From Octopus vulgaris (Eukaryota), in assembly GCA_951406725.2 (NCBI GenBank), contig OX597819.1, forward strand, positions 82,522,001 through 82,586,000: DNA of 64,000 nt, read 5' to 3'. Each line of letters opens with the position of its first letter. Position 1 is the first letter of the stretch. This document shows positions 48,401-63,420 of this stretch, piece by piece. Under the pieces are notes generated by a model, which worked only from the letters and a program-made list of their open reading frames with translations, did not search any database and was not told the DNA's origin. Made by a program: the position numbers and the translations under genes.

Positions 48401-50782
48401 ATTTCAGATCACCTACATTGAAAAAACTGAGAATAAACATGAAAAATTTTATATGTAATGGGGTGACATTAACTGGGAATTTCTGTATGCTAATGAATAA
48501 GCATTCATACTTGGATGTGTCAAAGAATTAGAAAAATTCCAGATAAAAAATTAAAGTCACGAATTGAAGCATTTTGGAAGAATACAGGACTCTACTGACA
48601 ACTGAGAAAAGGTCACGTTCAATATGTAGGATATAAAATAGGAATTTCACACTGTGTAAACAATGGATGACAAGAGGTGCATTCGGATTGCAGACAAGTG
48701 GATATATATGACAAACTTCATATGTTGCAGGCATAAAAGAGTAGAACCCATGAAACAAATTTCTTCAAATGCTCTAAGGTGTAATAAAAGTAATTGATGG
48801 CTTTTGTTATCTTTAATTAGTGGAGAATGTGTAAGTTCTGAAAGCATTGTAGCCAGAGTAAGAACGAAGTGAAAAAAGTTCAATAAGCTTGTAGCAAGGA
48901 TTAGAATCAAAACCTTCTTAGCTTAGTAATGAGAAGTAAGTCACAGCATATTAGGAGACTTGTTCTTAATTCTAACCAGTCATATTGCAGCTGCAATCAT
49001 TCAATCATACATGTTCTAGTGGAATTTTCCAGATTTTTTTCATGTCAAAACTTGGTTGTAAATCAAGTTGCATGCTACAATCAACTAGAGGTGCACAGAG
49101 ATCTGTGAAAAGACGGGCCTCTTGGTCACTGCTTGGCTCCAAGCTAAAAGAAATCATTCATCTGCTATGAACATGTAATTTTTATGCCTCTTACAATGTG
49201 AATAAGTAGCTGTTAGCTTTCTACCAGTCAACAGTGATTTGACTCTGATCAAGTAACTTGAAAATATAATTAAGTTATGTATAAATAAATGGCCTAGTTA
49301 AATCTTAAATGAACTTGGTTATATTTAAGAACTGCATGCTGCTCTACTAACCATTCAATATTGATGAGTATGCCTCCTTGAATGTGTAATGTTAATGTGC
49401 TAATTAATACAAATGAGCTGAACAAAAAGAAACTGTATTAAAGGAATCATATGTCATGTACAAGAAAGAATAGAGTTTGTACTTTTACAGCATATAACTA
49501 CAAATACACAGGACAGAGGTAAAATTAAATTACTTTAACTCTGTTTATGCCTTGCAAGCTGCATGGCAACCTCACAAGAGCTGGATCCATGAAAAATACA
49601 CTCAGTGCACACTATAAAGTGCTTGATGTTAAGAAAGGTATCCAACCACAGAAATCATACCAAAGCAAACACTGGAGCATGATGCACTAATTGGGATCAT
49701 TGGATCCTGTCAACCTATCTAACCCATGCCACCAGGAAAAACGTATGTTAAATGATGATGTTGGTAGAGATGAAAATATAAGAGAAGCCCAACAGATTTT
49801 GAACTTGGCATATAGAAGGACAAAACTAAATATCATAAATCATTTAGTCCAGTAATGCAATTTCTGTTACATCTGGCCCCTTCTAATATTGATTTTGGAG
49901 AAGATGAAGTCAGCCCTAACAGGTTTTGAACTCAGAATGTAAAATGACTACCAAGCCTTTGCACTACTGATTTTCTGATCAACTGTTAATATTAGCATAT
50001 TGATTATATCTTTTTATGAAACTTTCATTTCAAACAGTTTTGTGAAATTTGTAAATTATAAAAATACCTTATTACAGTAAACAGATCATGTTAGTATTGA
50101 AAATCATTTTGGAGAAAACTTATCTTAAATAATTCTTAAATAATTAGATTGAAATTGATACCAGAAAACTAAACTTGGCATTATGGTATTTGGGCAAATT
50201 AGCTGACTTTAAGATCATTCAGAATTATGGTAGTATTATGTAATTATAATTATGAAGATATTTCATAGATGCACAAAATTAGTAATGACTGTTATAAATA
50301 CACTTCGTTATACTGAATGTTAGTTATACCAAAGTATAAATTTATCTGTTCACTCGTTAGTAGTTGGTTGATGTTAATGCTCTTTTAAATTCTAATTCAG
50401 CGAATTATAAATATTCAATTCATTTTGCAAGGCTAAAATATTAAATTAAGCTCTCAATTGCTTCATCTGCTGTGCTTTGACATCCAGTGTCCAGAATGTA
50501 GTTTCAATATTTTCATATTTTTAATTTAAAAAAAAAACAAAAATGGATTTTGTACTTCAGTTAATTTTCAAAATAACAAAAATTTGGAGGAATTTAGTAA
50601 AATTAATTTTTCGTTTTTATGCATGTCGACTTGGTATTTGTAAAATACCTCAACAAAAGGTTTTGCTTAAAATTATGATGAACAGTTTGAATTTATATAT
50701 AAACACTATAAAGCAGGTTCATTTTTGTAGAGTCATAGAATCAGAATCAGTTCCTAGAATTTTGTATAAAAAGAATTAAATA

Positions 50783-51090
50783 TCATTCATCATATCGAGC
50801 GTGATCATTACCAACTTTGCTTCACTGGCACCTGTGTTGGTGGCATGTGTAAAAAGATTCGAGCGAGGTTATTGCCAGTATTGCCTGACTGGCCCCCGTG
50901 CTGGTGGCACGTAAAAAGTACCCACTACACTCTCAGAGTGGTTGGTGTTAGGAAGGGCATCCAGCTGTAGAAACTCTGCCAGATCAAGACTGGAGCCTGG
51001 TGCAGCCATCTGGTTGCCAGCCCTCAGTCAAAACCGTCCAACCCATACTAGCATGGAAAACGGACGTTAAATGATGATGATGATGATGTT
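50783..51090 (+). mobile_element. RTE LINE 3'-end fragment, reference copy
   Basis: gtgctggtggcacgtaaaaagtacccactacactctcagagtggttggtgttaggaagggcatccagctgtagaaac...cggacgttaaatgatgatgatg. Further copies near 4345, 19200, 23095, 24760, 28245, 28630, 42435, 49555 and 63625. Confidence 0.8.
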
Positions 51091-54000
51091 ATCATGCTTC
51101 ATTATAAATAGTTGGAAACCCTTTTGTTAACTTCTTTCAAATTTAGAGCTTCAAATGAATTCACCATTTACTACATACATCATGACAATCCTGGATGACT
51201 CAAAAGAAAGACTTAAATTTGACCTACTTAAGTTGTATATTTAACTTTACAGTTGCTGCTGCTACACATTCATTGTTACTGACAGTACTCCTTGCTACTA
51301 CTATCTGTGGTTCCAATGTTATTTCTATCATTCTTTCATTACTTAATTTGCACACAAGCTTCACTAAATGGATGCTCATTAAGCCGTTATTCTAGTTGGA
51401 ATTCTGCCTGTCTGTCATTTTTTCTCTTTTCGCTCTGATTGTCTTTTTTTTACCGTATATTTTTCTATGTTTTTTTACCTTTACTTAGAACTTTCTTTAA
51501 TTCCTGCAATTTCAGGCTGACAATCAATAAATTTAATTCTAATTGAAACATTATCTTCCTATGTTGTTTTTAGAATTCTTCTGATGTTCCAATATATGAC
51601 TTTTAGAACTTTTAGACGTTTGTGGCACAAATTTTCAGTACTGTTTCAATAAATCCATCAATAAAAATAGTGTAGTATTGGTGCAGCATTTGAAATGCAT
51701 TGTACATTATCTACTTTAGATTTATTTCTGGTTGTCTTGTAACAGATTTAGTTTCCTAATACTGTATTACATATGATGTTTTAATTCACCATGAATATTC
51801 CTTATTCAAATATTCTACTAAATTTAATTTAAAGTAAACATGTGAACAGAGAAAAAAAAGATTTAAAGTAGTTGCATCATATCAATCAATAATTATTTAT
51901 ATTTTGCAAATTCCTTAAATTTATTACAGCAAAACTAGCACAGAATCAGTAATTTAAGCCTTAAATCAGTTTATATCTTTTATTGGTGGTGAAGTTTAAA
52001 TCTATACTATAAGCCAATGACCAGAAATATTACACTTTTAACAGAATTCAGAATGAGAAATGAATTATAAACCTGATTTAGGAATTAGCTGTCTTTGAAA
52101 ACTTGAAAGAAATGGAAATATATTTAAAGACACAAAGATGGCATCTATTTTCATGTCAAAATTTCCTTATTAAATGAGGCAATCTATATATTTAAAAGTG
52201 TGTTAAATATACCTAGTAATATATATATATAATATAATCCTCAGAAACTTTGAATAGTAACTGGAACAGAACACTATCCCTGCATTGTTATAATGTTCTG
52301 TTCTTCTAAATACAGTTTAAAGCAGCCATTTCTTTTGTCATTTGGATAAGGGCATTACAAGGCTCTATTCTTTCCAAATCACCTAAGCTATAATTATCCT
52401 CTCTTTTTTGTATAGTCTGAGAAAGAAACAAGATGATGGAGCAAGTCTTGTTTCCTTCTTAAATGTTTCTATTGGGAAGGCACTTATCCTAATAATTGGG
52501 GTGTTTGGCTATCACCCAGAAAGTTGTGGATTCAATTCCTGGACTGGACAGTATGTTTCATGTTGCTCCAGTTTACTCAACTGAAATGAATACCAGCCAA
52601 GTTACTAGAGGGAGAGAAGGCTGATATTCTGATACCAGTCTTTTATCCTTCTAACTGTCACATCTTGATTGTACTACTGAGTCAAAAGTGAGGGGACTAA
52701 GATGTCTATGTTTGCTTGTGATTACATAGGCATCTGAGACAGTTACTGTAAGTTAAGATCTATTCAGAGCTTGAATTGTCATTATTTTGAATTGTCATCA
52801 TTGTAATTATTTGTCATTATTTTAAATTGTTATCACTAACATTGACTGAGATCTATGGTCAAAGGAGTTACAATACAGATTTTTCCTTCATTTATACATA
52901 TTTTATCTAGAATATTATCTAGTCTTTCTGTATTGTTGTAAGATAGTGTCATTTTTAGGAAGATTTTACTGCTATTTCTAACAGACCCAGTGACCACATG
53001 CTAGCTTCCTCACCTGCATACAGCAGTATATGTGTTTTTGTTTAGTAGATATTTTATTTTAAAGATTAGATATCATAAAATGTCAATAGAAAGGATTAGT
53101 GTACAGTGTTATGTAGAAATTTTGCTGTTGGTTTTTAAATGAAAGAACAGTGTGTTTAATCTTGAGAGGAATAACATCTGAATCATGTTAGTTTTAAACA
53201 TTATATTGGATTATTCCATCTACAGTAAGATTTGCAGTCAAAATCATTATTGATGAATGGCTAAGTATAGAGAAAAGAGGTTATTTTGATGTTTCTAATT
53301 GGTAAAGATTAATGTTTTAAAATAAAGACAATGTTTTAGGGAATGGATAAAATTATTAATGAATCTGGAAGACCACAGAAACTGGAACTGATAATATGAG
53401 ATTTCAAAATCACTAGAATTTACAGTGCTAATAAAGAAGATGTTTTTCATTCTCTAAAATAAAACAGATTATTAACGACTCTAAATTTTTCTTGGTCTAT
53501 TATTACTTGCCTGTTATGATGTAAATTTATTAATTTATTTTTGCTGTGTTGTCTTTGCTATTTGAGCTGTGGAAAATTATGGTTACTTTTGTTGCATGGA
53601 TTTTGCTTTAGTATTTTGATGTTGTCTTTTAATTTTCTTGTTTGTTGGGTAATATCTGTTTGACATTATTTAAAAGAATATTTATTTAGCCAATCAATTT
53701 TGCCTCACATTCTGTTAGCTAAATATTGACATTTCTTGCCAAACTGTTATGCAATGATTTTGTAGTTAAATATAATGAAATCCTACCAGTGGCTATGAGA
53801 TCATCAAACCAGTTGGCTCCAAAAAGATTGTCATAAAAATTACATATTTTCCAAATTTCCAGAGTTTCATTTATTATGAAAGTGTTATTCATTAAAAATA
53901 TTGTAATGGTATTCTCAGCAAAAACAGTAAAAGTGAATTTTTTATATACATACCCACCCCCAGACATATAATAAATAATCTTAAAGAAAAGAGTCTAATA

Positions 54001-54244
54001 ACTCTATTCAAAAGCTGTATTAACCATCAATTACAATATGTCAGCCAGTTTTACTCTTTATTGGATCATAGTATATTGATATTAATCTACCTTTTTCTTA
54101 TGACTAGAATCAAGCTAGATTAATATTACTAACCAATGATCCAATAAAAAGAGAAAATGACAGACATAATGTGACTATTCTTTAATCCACTTAAATACAC
54201 ACACAGACATATATACACACTCATACAATACATACATATATATA

Positions 54245-55900
54245 AGGAGTAGCTGTGTGGTAAGAAGCTTGCTTCACAGCCACATGGTTCTGGGTTCAAA
54301 CCCACTGCATGACACCATGGGCAAGCGTCTTCTACTATAGCCTTGGGCCAACCAAAGCCTTGTGAGTGGATTTGGTAGACAGAAACTGAAAGAAACCTGT
54401 TGTGTGCGTGTGTGCGTCTTTGCATCTATATTTGTCCCCCAGCACTACTTGACAACTCGTGTGGGTGTGTTTATGCCCCCATAACTTAACAGTTCGGCAA
54501 AAAGGGACTGATGGAATAAGTACTAGGCTTAAAAAAAAGAAAGACGTGGTGTTGATTTGTTCAACTGAATCCCTTCAAGGTGTTGCCCCAGCATGGCCAT
54601 GTTCAAAATGGCTGGAACAAGTAAAAGATAAAAAGCAAAAAAATTATGGTAACATAGTATCAACCAAAGTATTGGAAATTGTTTTGCACCATTGAACACA
54701 ATGCATTTTGCATTGTTTTAGCTTTGAATGGTACCACCCTGCTGCCAGGCAGGTAGGCAAACATAAATTCGAGGAAAGGAGTTTGCTTCCTAACCACATG
54801 TTCCAGGTTCAGTCCCACTGCATGGCACCTTAGGTAAGTGTCTTCTACCAAAGCCTTCCAAATGGATTTAGGAGACAGGGACTGAATGAAGCCCATTGAA
54901 TATATGTATTTGAGTGTGTGTGTGTGCGCGCCTTTGTGTCTGTGTTTCTTCCCCACTACCACCATCTGACAACCTGTGCTGGTGTGTTTAAATTGCCATA
55001 ACTTAGAGGTTCAGCAAAAGAGACCGATTGAATAAGTGCTAGGCTTAGATAAATAAAAAGCACTGGAGTTGATTTGTTCAACTAGAAATTCTTCAAGGTG
55101 GTGCCCCAGCATGGTCACAATCTAATGACCGAAAAATGTAAAAGATAAAAGATATATAGCACTGACTGTGGTAAGTAGCTTGCTTACCAACCACATGGTT
55201 CTGGGTTCAGTCCCACTGCATGGCACCTTGGGCAATTCTACTATAGCAGCAGGCCATCCAAAGCCTTGACAGTGGATTTGAAAGACAAAACCTGAAAGAA
55301 GCCCATCGTATATATATATATATATATATGTTGGTATTTCTGTGTTTGTCCACCCACCATCACTTGACAACCGATGATGATGTGTTTACATCCCCTGTAA
55401 CTTAGTGGTTCAGTAAAAGAAACCGATAGAATAAATATAAGTACTAGGCTTACAAAGAGTAAGTCTTCTTTTATACTTTTATTCTTTTACTTGTTTCAGT
55501 CATTTGACTATGGCTATGCTGGAGCACTGCCTTTAGTCAAAGAAATCAACCCCAGGACTTATTCTTTTTAAGCCTAATACTTATTTTATCAGTTCTTTTG
55601 CTGAACCACTAGTTCCTAAGAACATACACACATCAACATCTATTGTCAAGTGATGGTGGGGGGGACACACAACATATACACACTCATATATATATATATA
55701 TATCTATATATACAAGCTTCATTCGGTTTCCATCTACCAAATTCACTCACAATTCTTTGGTCAGCCCAAGGTTATCGTAGAAGACATTTGCCCAAGGTGC
55801 CATGCAGTGGGACTGAACCCAGAAGCATGTAGTTGGTAAGCAAGCTGCTTACCATACAGCCACTCCTTCGCCTAGCAAGCTACTTACCACACAGCTACTA
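54245..55900. mobile_element. Cluster of four SINE family A copies (three plus, one minus)
   Basis: Copies at about 54245-54635 (+), 54775-55152 (+), 55160-55465 (+) and 55470-55900 (-). Confidence 0.8.
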
Positions 55901-56051
55901 TAATATGTTGGATCCTTCAGTTGTTACAAACTGTTCTGTAAAAGTGGTGTAGTGTAGCTGGGATCACTTGTTCAGCACAACAGCAAATGTTGAAGTAGAA
56001 AGCTTTTTTTGAAACTGACACAAGTCATGTAGCGATATATTATTTTCCTCA

Positions 56052-56270
56052 GGCAACGAGCTGGTAGAATAGTTAGCATGTAAGGCAAAAACCTTAGCGA
56101 CATTTCATCTGTCATTATGTTCTGAGTTCAGTCTCTGCTGTGGTTGACTTTACATTCCGTCTTTTTCAGGGTCAATAAATTAGGTACCAGTAGAGCACTG
56201 GGGTCAATGTAATTAACTTACCCCTCCCCCAAAATCGTTGTCCATGTGCCAAAATTTGAAACCAATATAT
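56052..56270 (+). mobile_element. SINE family C copy
   Basis: ggcaacgagctggtagaatagttagcatg...ttctgagttcag...gagcactggggtcaatg...gtgccaaaatttgaaacc. Another copy lies at about 59665-59850. Confidence 0.75.
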
Positions 56271-59200
56271 TGCTTTTCCATTCTACATCCTTTTGAAATT
56301 TAAATCTCTAGTTAGGACTGGCATTTTACAGCTGGGTCTGTCTACTTGCATTATTCACTCTATCATTAAGAGAACTTGTGTCTACGTTCTACCTAAGTGA
56401 ACAAGGTATAATGCCTAGTGGTACAACTCACTGGTTCTGGCTGAGTAAAAGACAACGATTTATGTGACATATTCAGTATTTTTACTGTTTACTGATTATA
56501 ATTCACCATATATTACTTAAAATGCTAGTAAGATCAGAGAATATGAGGCAAAATCAATTGTGTATCTGTTATGTGTTTGTTATTGACATTTTGATTGCAT
56601 CTAAGAAATATTTATCTAAAATAAATGTAATTTCTGAATTTTAATTATGTAATCTGTTGAATGAATATTAATAATAAACAATTTCAACAAAATCATCTTC
56701 AAATTTAAAAAAAAAACATCTTGAATTTAAATTTTTGTTAATTCTCTTTCTTTAATTTTCTAAAATCTAAATGTTAAAATACCTCATAACATAACATTAA
56801 AAACTGAAATGATATTTTAAGCTAGACAGATAATAATTTATTATAATAGAGAAAATCATTTTTGATAAAAGTAGTGACTATTTTTTTTAATTGTATGCAC
56901 CTTATCACATAATCACAGTAAAAAAATTCCACCAGAAAAGTTTGATTTTCTTCTCACCAACTGAGCAAGTCTAAAGATTAATTAAAGATTAATCACTTAG
57001 AATATGTTTAATAGTAATTTTCTTTGATATTATTGCAGTTCTGAACTTTATAAAGATTGACTTCTTTAGCTAGTAAATAAAATAATTCAAACTATCTGTT
57101 GTTTTTGTTGACTGTTCTTGAATATTCCAGATAGCATTTTACATTTCATCCAACTTAACAAGTCTAGACTACAACATTTTTAACGACTAAGAAGAGAGGA
57201 AGCACCTTAGGCCATTTCCAGGGTCCCCAAAAGGAAGTTTTCCATTGACTAGAGACCTGATCTGAATGCTTATAACAAAAAGAAGGATGCTAAAGTTATA
57301 TAAGAGCCAGATGGTTGTATTAGACCAGGTGATTAATTATGTCTATCACCTTATTACTGTAATGGTTTCTCTGCTAAGCTTCCATGCAGTTTCAGTGTAT
57401 CAAAATTCCCTAAGAAGCATTTGCCAACCAAAACACTATGGCAGAAGACATTTATCCAAGGTGTCCCAGGGTGGTGATTGAACTCTTAACCTTTGCTTTA
57501 GCAAAGTAAACTTCTTAACCACATGGCTGTGTTATACTCATATTTACCACAACTTAACTTTTCCTCATTGCTACACTCCTTTGGTTGTTAATTCTTTACT
57601 AATTGCTATTGTTCAGAATTAAACATTTGACATTATCCTTTTTAGATAACGCTTTTGTGTAATCATTATAAGCATCACATAATATTTGTTATAATGTATG
57701 TTATAATGCAGTTGTAACCAAGCCAGGAATCCAATTTTGATTCCTAGTTAAATGTTTTACTTTCAATGTTGATAACTCCAGGAAAGTCATGATTATCAGA
57801 ACTTGCTATTTCTTTTTCACAATTTAAAGTGAAACTTCCCACATATTTAAAAAGTTCTTCAAACCATACTACTGTGATATGACAATAGATTTAATTTGTT
57901 ACACTTAATGAGGTATCAGTGTAGCAACAATCTGCTGGTTGACTTAATAGTTTTGTTTGAAAAGTTAAAATATAAATGCTAAGCATGTATGAACCATTTA
58001 TCTGAAAGGTATCAATACAATACTTCATATGTATGTGTGCACATATATACATATGTACATACATATGTACAAACAAATTAACACATGCATGCATTGTTAA
58101 TACCTCTCAGAGTTTACTACCCTTGGTTTGATGTCTGAGATTCTTATTAAATGCTCTGTTCTCCATTTGTCAGCATTTCCTTTTAATCAAACAAGTATAC
58201 TTCATGACTGATAGTTACTGAAGTGCACAAGTGACCAAGTTGGTTTATCAACACCACCTTGTTCTTGGGTTTCTTTAGCAAAATCTCCTCTGTTACCAAT
58301 ATTTGGATCAAATCTCTGGTTTGAGGAAAACGTCCTCTCTTTTTTTCTCCTAGTTTCAAAGGCCCTGAAAAGATCACATACTTCCCTCCTTTCTCTATCT
58401 CTCCCTCAATAAAAAAATGGGAATTGGGCTTATGTATTTTATGCATAGCTGTTTGGAGAAATGTTTTTTTTTCTCTCAGTTACCAAATCTTTAAGTATTC
58501 ATAAAAATCATGAAGCTATTCTACAGAATACTTTCAATGCAGTAAAATAGAGATTTGCTTGATATGTATGACAGACACATTTATGGAAAGAATTCTTCAT
58601 CATTTAAATAAATGAATAATGATTAACATTTTTTTAGCTGATCAAAAAATAGAAATGCTGACACATAAAACCTTGTATGTGTCATTACTTTCAACAGGCT
58701 ACACATTAAGAGGACAAAATGCTATGAATACCTTGTTATTTTGGTCTTGATTTTCATTAAGTCTTGTTGTATGAAAATTTGTATGCTATCCGGCAATAAA
58801 CATTCATTGCCAGTACCTCTTTATACTTAAATCATTGGTGTGTACATAAATATACATAACAATATTGCATTCTGGTACTGTAATTTTATCAATTTAAAAT
58901 ACACTACTACATTAACGTCTTCATTAATTTTTTATTATCCTAATAAAGTTTTTCACTGACTGTCTATGTCCTTAGTTCTAAATTGCCAGTTAAAAAAAAA
59001 AAGAAGAGAATTGTAAAAATATTGTATTCATTCAATAGTCACTTTCTTAAATCATCAACATACTTATCACACAAACTGTCTGTATATAATGAATATTTAT
59101 GAGTGTCTTTTCAAGGTATGGTCAGTTGGAAACGGAATATTATAATGGTATATTTTGTTTTGTTTTCTAGGTTATTTTAAGACATCAAGTACAATGATCT

Positions 59201-60224
59201 TTCGCCACTGTCGCAGGTGTTGGACCACTGCAAAAGTCAGACACTTTTATAAAATAAGGAATAGAAATAGAAATCTTGAAGTAGCAGTTACTGTCAGTAG
59301 ATCCATAGCTTAGATTTTGTCTTGTCCATATGAACATTCTTTTCAAAAGATATCTCATTATTACATAGATTACATGAATTTTGAATAGAAAACATGTATG
59401 TCTGAAGTACAAGAATATTTTTCAAAATTTCTAAAATAGAAATAGGAATATAATGAATATCCTCAAATCTAAACATACTTTGAATTGTTCATTTGCATTT
59501 TAATTGAAAGAATTTATGGTATTATTTCACATATTCTGAAAGATTAATTTGCAGTTAAAAATTGCTTGTTATGACAAAACATATATATATACAAGCATAG
59601 CTAAATGCATAATACTGATGTAGATTACATGTAAATATATTATATGAAATCATACTATATTATATTGGTGAACTGGCAGAATTATTAGCATGTTGGACAA
59701 AATTCTTAGCAACATTTTTTCTGATTTTATAATCTGAGTTCAACTTCTGCCAAAGTCAACTTTGCTTTTCATCCTTTCAGGGTCAATGAAATCAACTAAC
59801 AGCCTCTTCCAAAATTTCAGGCCTTGTGCCTATAATAGAAAGCATTATACTACATTTTATATAGACACATACATTAACACTCACACACACGGACGCACGC
59901 ACGCACGTGCACACATATATATTTGTGTGTGTATACATGTAGATAAATTTGCTCCTATACTTCATTGAGGTTTCAACTTTTCATAGGGTCAAAGAGGTAC
60001 CATTGTGCTATGCGGTGTATCCTAGCTTTTTTGAACATATGGAGCACAATCCTCTCTTTCTGTGAACACAGCTAGTTACATGAAATTATAGAAAACGAAA
60101 TTACATCGGGTGAAGGGTGGAGGGGTGAATTTGAAGACAAATTGCACAGAGCTGAAATCCGGCATTTTATATGATGTTATAAACAACTTGGTGGGCTCAT
60201 CACCTATAAATGTACATAGAATTA

Positions 60225-60339
60225 TACATTTATGCATGTATATATATATGTACATATATATACATATATATATGTATACATATATATATATATATGTACA
60301 TATATATATACATATATATATTTACATACATATATATAC

Positions 60340-60401
<62 letters not shown>

Positions 60402-61188
60402 GCATAGACACACAATCATGATGAATGTAGCATCTATCTCGCTTACATATCTATATATATATTTGTATAAATAGAGAACAGATTTTCTTTTAAACATATT
60501 AAAAACACAACCTTGTATAATTTAAGGTTTTTTCATATGTCTCTAATAGCCCCTTTTGTTTGGTTTATGAGAGTAACTTCTCAAATGCCATTCATCTGTT
60601 AACATTTTAAGACTTTCACTGCGCATTTTCAAAATAAAATAATGGTATGATTGGTGTTCCCTTCATGCACTCTTCAGTAAGCTGCAAATTTTTCATGCAA
60701 ATAATTTTTAAGATAGCAGTGCTGAACCTAAAATTATACTGTGTCCAGATGGATTTGGTGATATGACTTTAAATTTAGTGTTTTCAAATGACAGATGCCC
60801 TTCTTGTGGCCAACTTTTGTACTTGCCTCATATGAAACAGTGTACGAATTCAAAACCAGGCTATACACAGCTAACAAGTAAATGTGTGAGTGTGTCTGTA
60901 TCTGTGTCCATATGTATATATCTATGTGTGTGTTTGTCTATACATATACACACACGCACACACACACACATATATATACATATATACATACATATACACA
61001 TACAAATATATATATACATATATGATGCACATGTATATATATATATATATATACATATATGATGCACACACACACATATATATATATAGACATATATATG
61101 TATATATATGTATACATACATATATGATGCACATAGATATATATACATATATATATGTATATACTTTTAAATATATATGTATGATGCG

Positions 61189-61220
<32 letters not shown>

Positions 61221-61295
61221 TATACATTCATATATACATATATATATACGCATCATATATTTATAAGTATATATATATATATATATATATATATC
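60225..61295. repeat. Compound (TA)n/(CA)n/(TACA)n microsatellite fields
   Basis: Directly visible at 60225-60410 and 60885-61295. Dozens of similar tracts occur throughout the window and generate the YI/HT/VC-rich ORFs. Confidence 0.9.
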
Positions 61296-61542
61296 TAATA
61301 AACACAAAATATGTTTCTATGAGCTTGTATTAGTTTCATGCAATGAAAGCAACTCAGAGAGCATTTTTTTAACACAGCTGGACATATTGAAAAATGCTGT
61401 CTGAACTGCCTGCAGTACATGAAACTAATAGTAGCTCATAAAAGCATATATCGTGTCTATTAAATAATATTTATCTCTCACTAGATGGAATACTTTTTTT
61501 TGTTGATCTTACCATCACAGAACAGTATACTGTATATATAAA

Positions 61543-61583
<41 letters not shown>

Positions 61584-61957
61584 ACACAAACACATGGAAT
61601 TATAATTAAAGCTTAAAGGCTTGGAAATAAATATATCTAGTGGAAGTGAAATGTAAGAAGAAAATCAATGTTCAAATTATATATAATGGTAGATATCACA
61701 TATATGAAATAAAGGTATGTTTCTACCAATGCTTCCATCGATAAGCACGCTCTATTAACATGTTTACAAGGGGATTCTTAGAAAATAGAATAAAAAATAG
61801 TTCAATATTACAGAGTTGGCAGAATTATTTGCCTTTATCGTATGGTAATGAAATAGAGAGAATCAACCAATCTAAATTAAATTGTTTATAATGGTCTTTT
61901 AGATAGCAAATTAATTTACTAAGCCCTGTACAGTTGCATTTATTACTGTCTTTTTTT

Positions 61958-62252
61958 TATATAGGTAGTTCTTCTCAATCATTACTCTACATTTAGGGAT
62001 GGTAATAAATGCAACAGTACAGGGCTTAGTAAATTAATTTGCTATCTAAAAGACCATTATAAACAATTTAATTTAGATTGGTTGATTCTCTCCATTTCAT
62101 TCCCATACGATAAAGGCAAAGAATTCTGCCAACTCTGTAATACTGAACTATTTTCTATTCTATTTTCTAAGAATCCCTTTGTAAACATGTTTATAGAGCG
62201 TGCTTATCAATGTAAACATTGGCAGAACTATACCTTTAGTTCATATAAGTGA
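61958..62252 (+). pseudogene. Penelope-type GIY-YIG endonuclease C-terminal fragment
   Basis: YIGSSS (61958-75), a frameshift/deletion, then the open frame 61977-62252: NHYSTFRDGNKCNSTGLSKLICYLKDHYKQFNLDWLILSISFPYDKGKEFCQLCNTELFSILFSKNPFVNMFIERAYQCKHWQNYTFSSYK*. It contains YIG, NH..F, STxLSK, W.IL, PY, CxLC..E, N...E and CxH motifs. Not in the supplied ORF track. Confidence 0.8.
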
Positions 62253-62546
62253 TATCTACCATTATATATAATTTGAACATTGATTTTCTTCTTACATTTC
62301 ACTTCCACTAGATATATTTATTTCCAAGCCTTTAAGCTTTTATTTTAATTCACATATCGCTTTATATTTCTTTTTTATTAGTTTTCTGCTTATTTCTTTC
62401 CTTTTCTTCTTTTCTTTCTATAAGCTACCTTTGACGTTATATCTTCTAACGGTTTTTAAAAAAACTTAATAGCATTCTGTTCATCATTATACATATCCAT
62501 CACATTCTGTTAAAATGTCTTATTGATGAATTTGGTTTCTTTCTTT

Positions 62547-62635
62547 CTTTCTCTGATGAGAAGATTACAATGTTTTACACCGTATTATTCCTTTGGAATA
62601 ATACCCATGTTGTCTTCGAAACATATGTTTGAAGT
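62547..62635 (+). ncRNA. Type I hammerhead ribozyme motif
   Basis: ctttct CTGATGA (62553-59), gaaga...gtattattcc-ttt-ggaataatac...tcttc, GAAA (62618-21), catatg, TT, tgaag. Palindrome ACATATGT in stem III; one mismatch at the base of stem I. Confidence 0.75.
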
Positions 62636-62678
62636 AAAAGAGTTTGAATAACACCTGTATTGAACTCCATTTATTTAT

Positions 62679-62809
<131 letters not shown>

Positions 62810-62849
62810 AGTATGAGGGTTTCAGTTCACTGGTGATTTAAATGAATAG

Positions 62850-63420
62850 GTACACTGAGCAAGTGCTATAATTTGTCATCCACTAGGTTCCAATTTCACA
62901 ACTGAGGCTAGAGCTAGGGATTTTGTATTAGGCTTGTGATTTAGCAGGTATATATTATATTAGAAGAAACTAGCACCAGTGTGTCACTGAGTAACATGCA
63001 AAAGAAAAATCCCTCATTTAAAGGGGCAGCAGTATTGTGGGAAATCAAATGGCACTGAAGATTTGATAGGATGAGTGGGCAAGTAGATTTGCAATGGTGC
63101 AAACGGAGAGTGGAAGATGGAAGGGAGAATGGAGTGAGGAAACACAAATGAAGGGAGAGGGTATTAGAAAGGTATGTTGTTGGGGAGAGATTTTTCAGGG
63201 ACAAACTATGTGTAGGTATGTTCACGAGAGTTCAGAAGGAGAGTAGGAGATAGGGTGTAGGAGAATGAATTGAGTTGTGAACATGAGTGGAATGAAGAGG
63301 TATTAGGAAGAGAGGTTGTGAGGTAGAAATTTGTGAAGGACAGATTATGTACAGGGCTATTGGTGACATGCTTATAAGGCCTTAATTCTACTACATATCT
63401 GTATGCACATGTGACCATCA
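62850..63420 (-). pseudogene. Possible second, very degenerate Penelope-like ORF remnant
   Basis: The minus-strand ORF has HCKSTCPLI and VSSNIIYTC, reminiscent of the CxxCP linker and SSNxIY (GIY) motif. Weak. Confidence 0.3.

Noticed and set aside
58183-58446. Open frames on the minus strand in non-repetitive sequence
   Set aside because: No recognisable protein motif and no convincing splice-site pair.
59110-59320. Donor-like caag|gtatgg and acceptor-like ttttctag followed by a short ORF (MIFRHCRRCW...)
   Set aside because: The implied intron of about 55 nt is very short and the peptide is unrecognised; insufficient support.
60110-61333. Many overlapping ORFs rich in YI/HT/VC dipeptides (also near 8627, 9507, 20302, 28910, 29757, 33912 and 45625)
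   Set aside because: They are translations of (TA)n, (CA)n and (TACA)n microsatellites, not genes.
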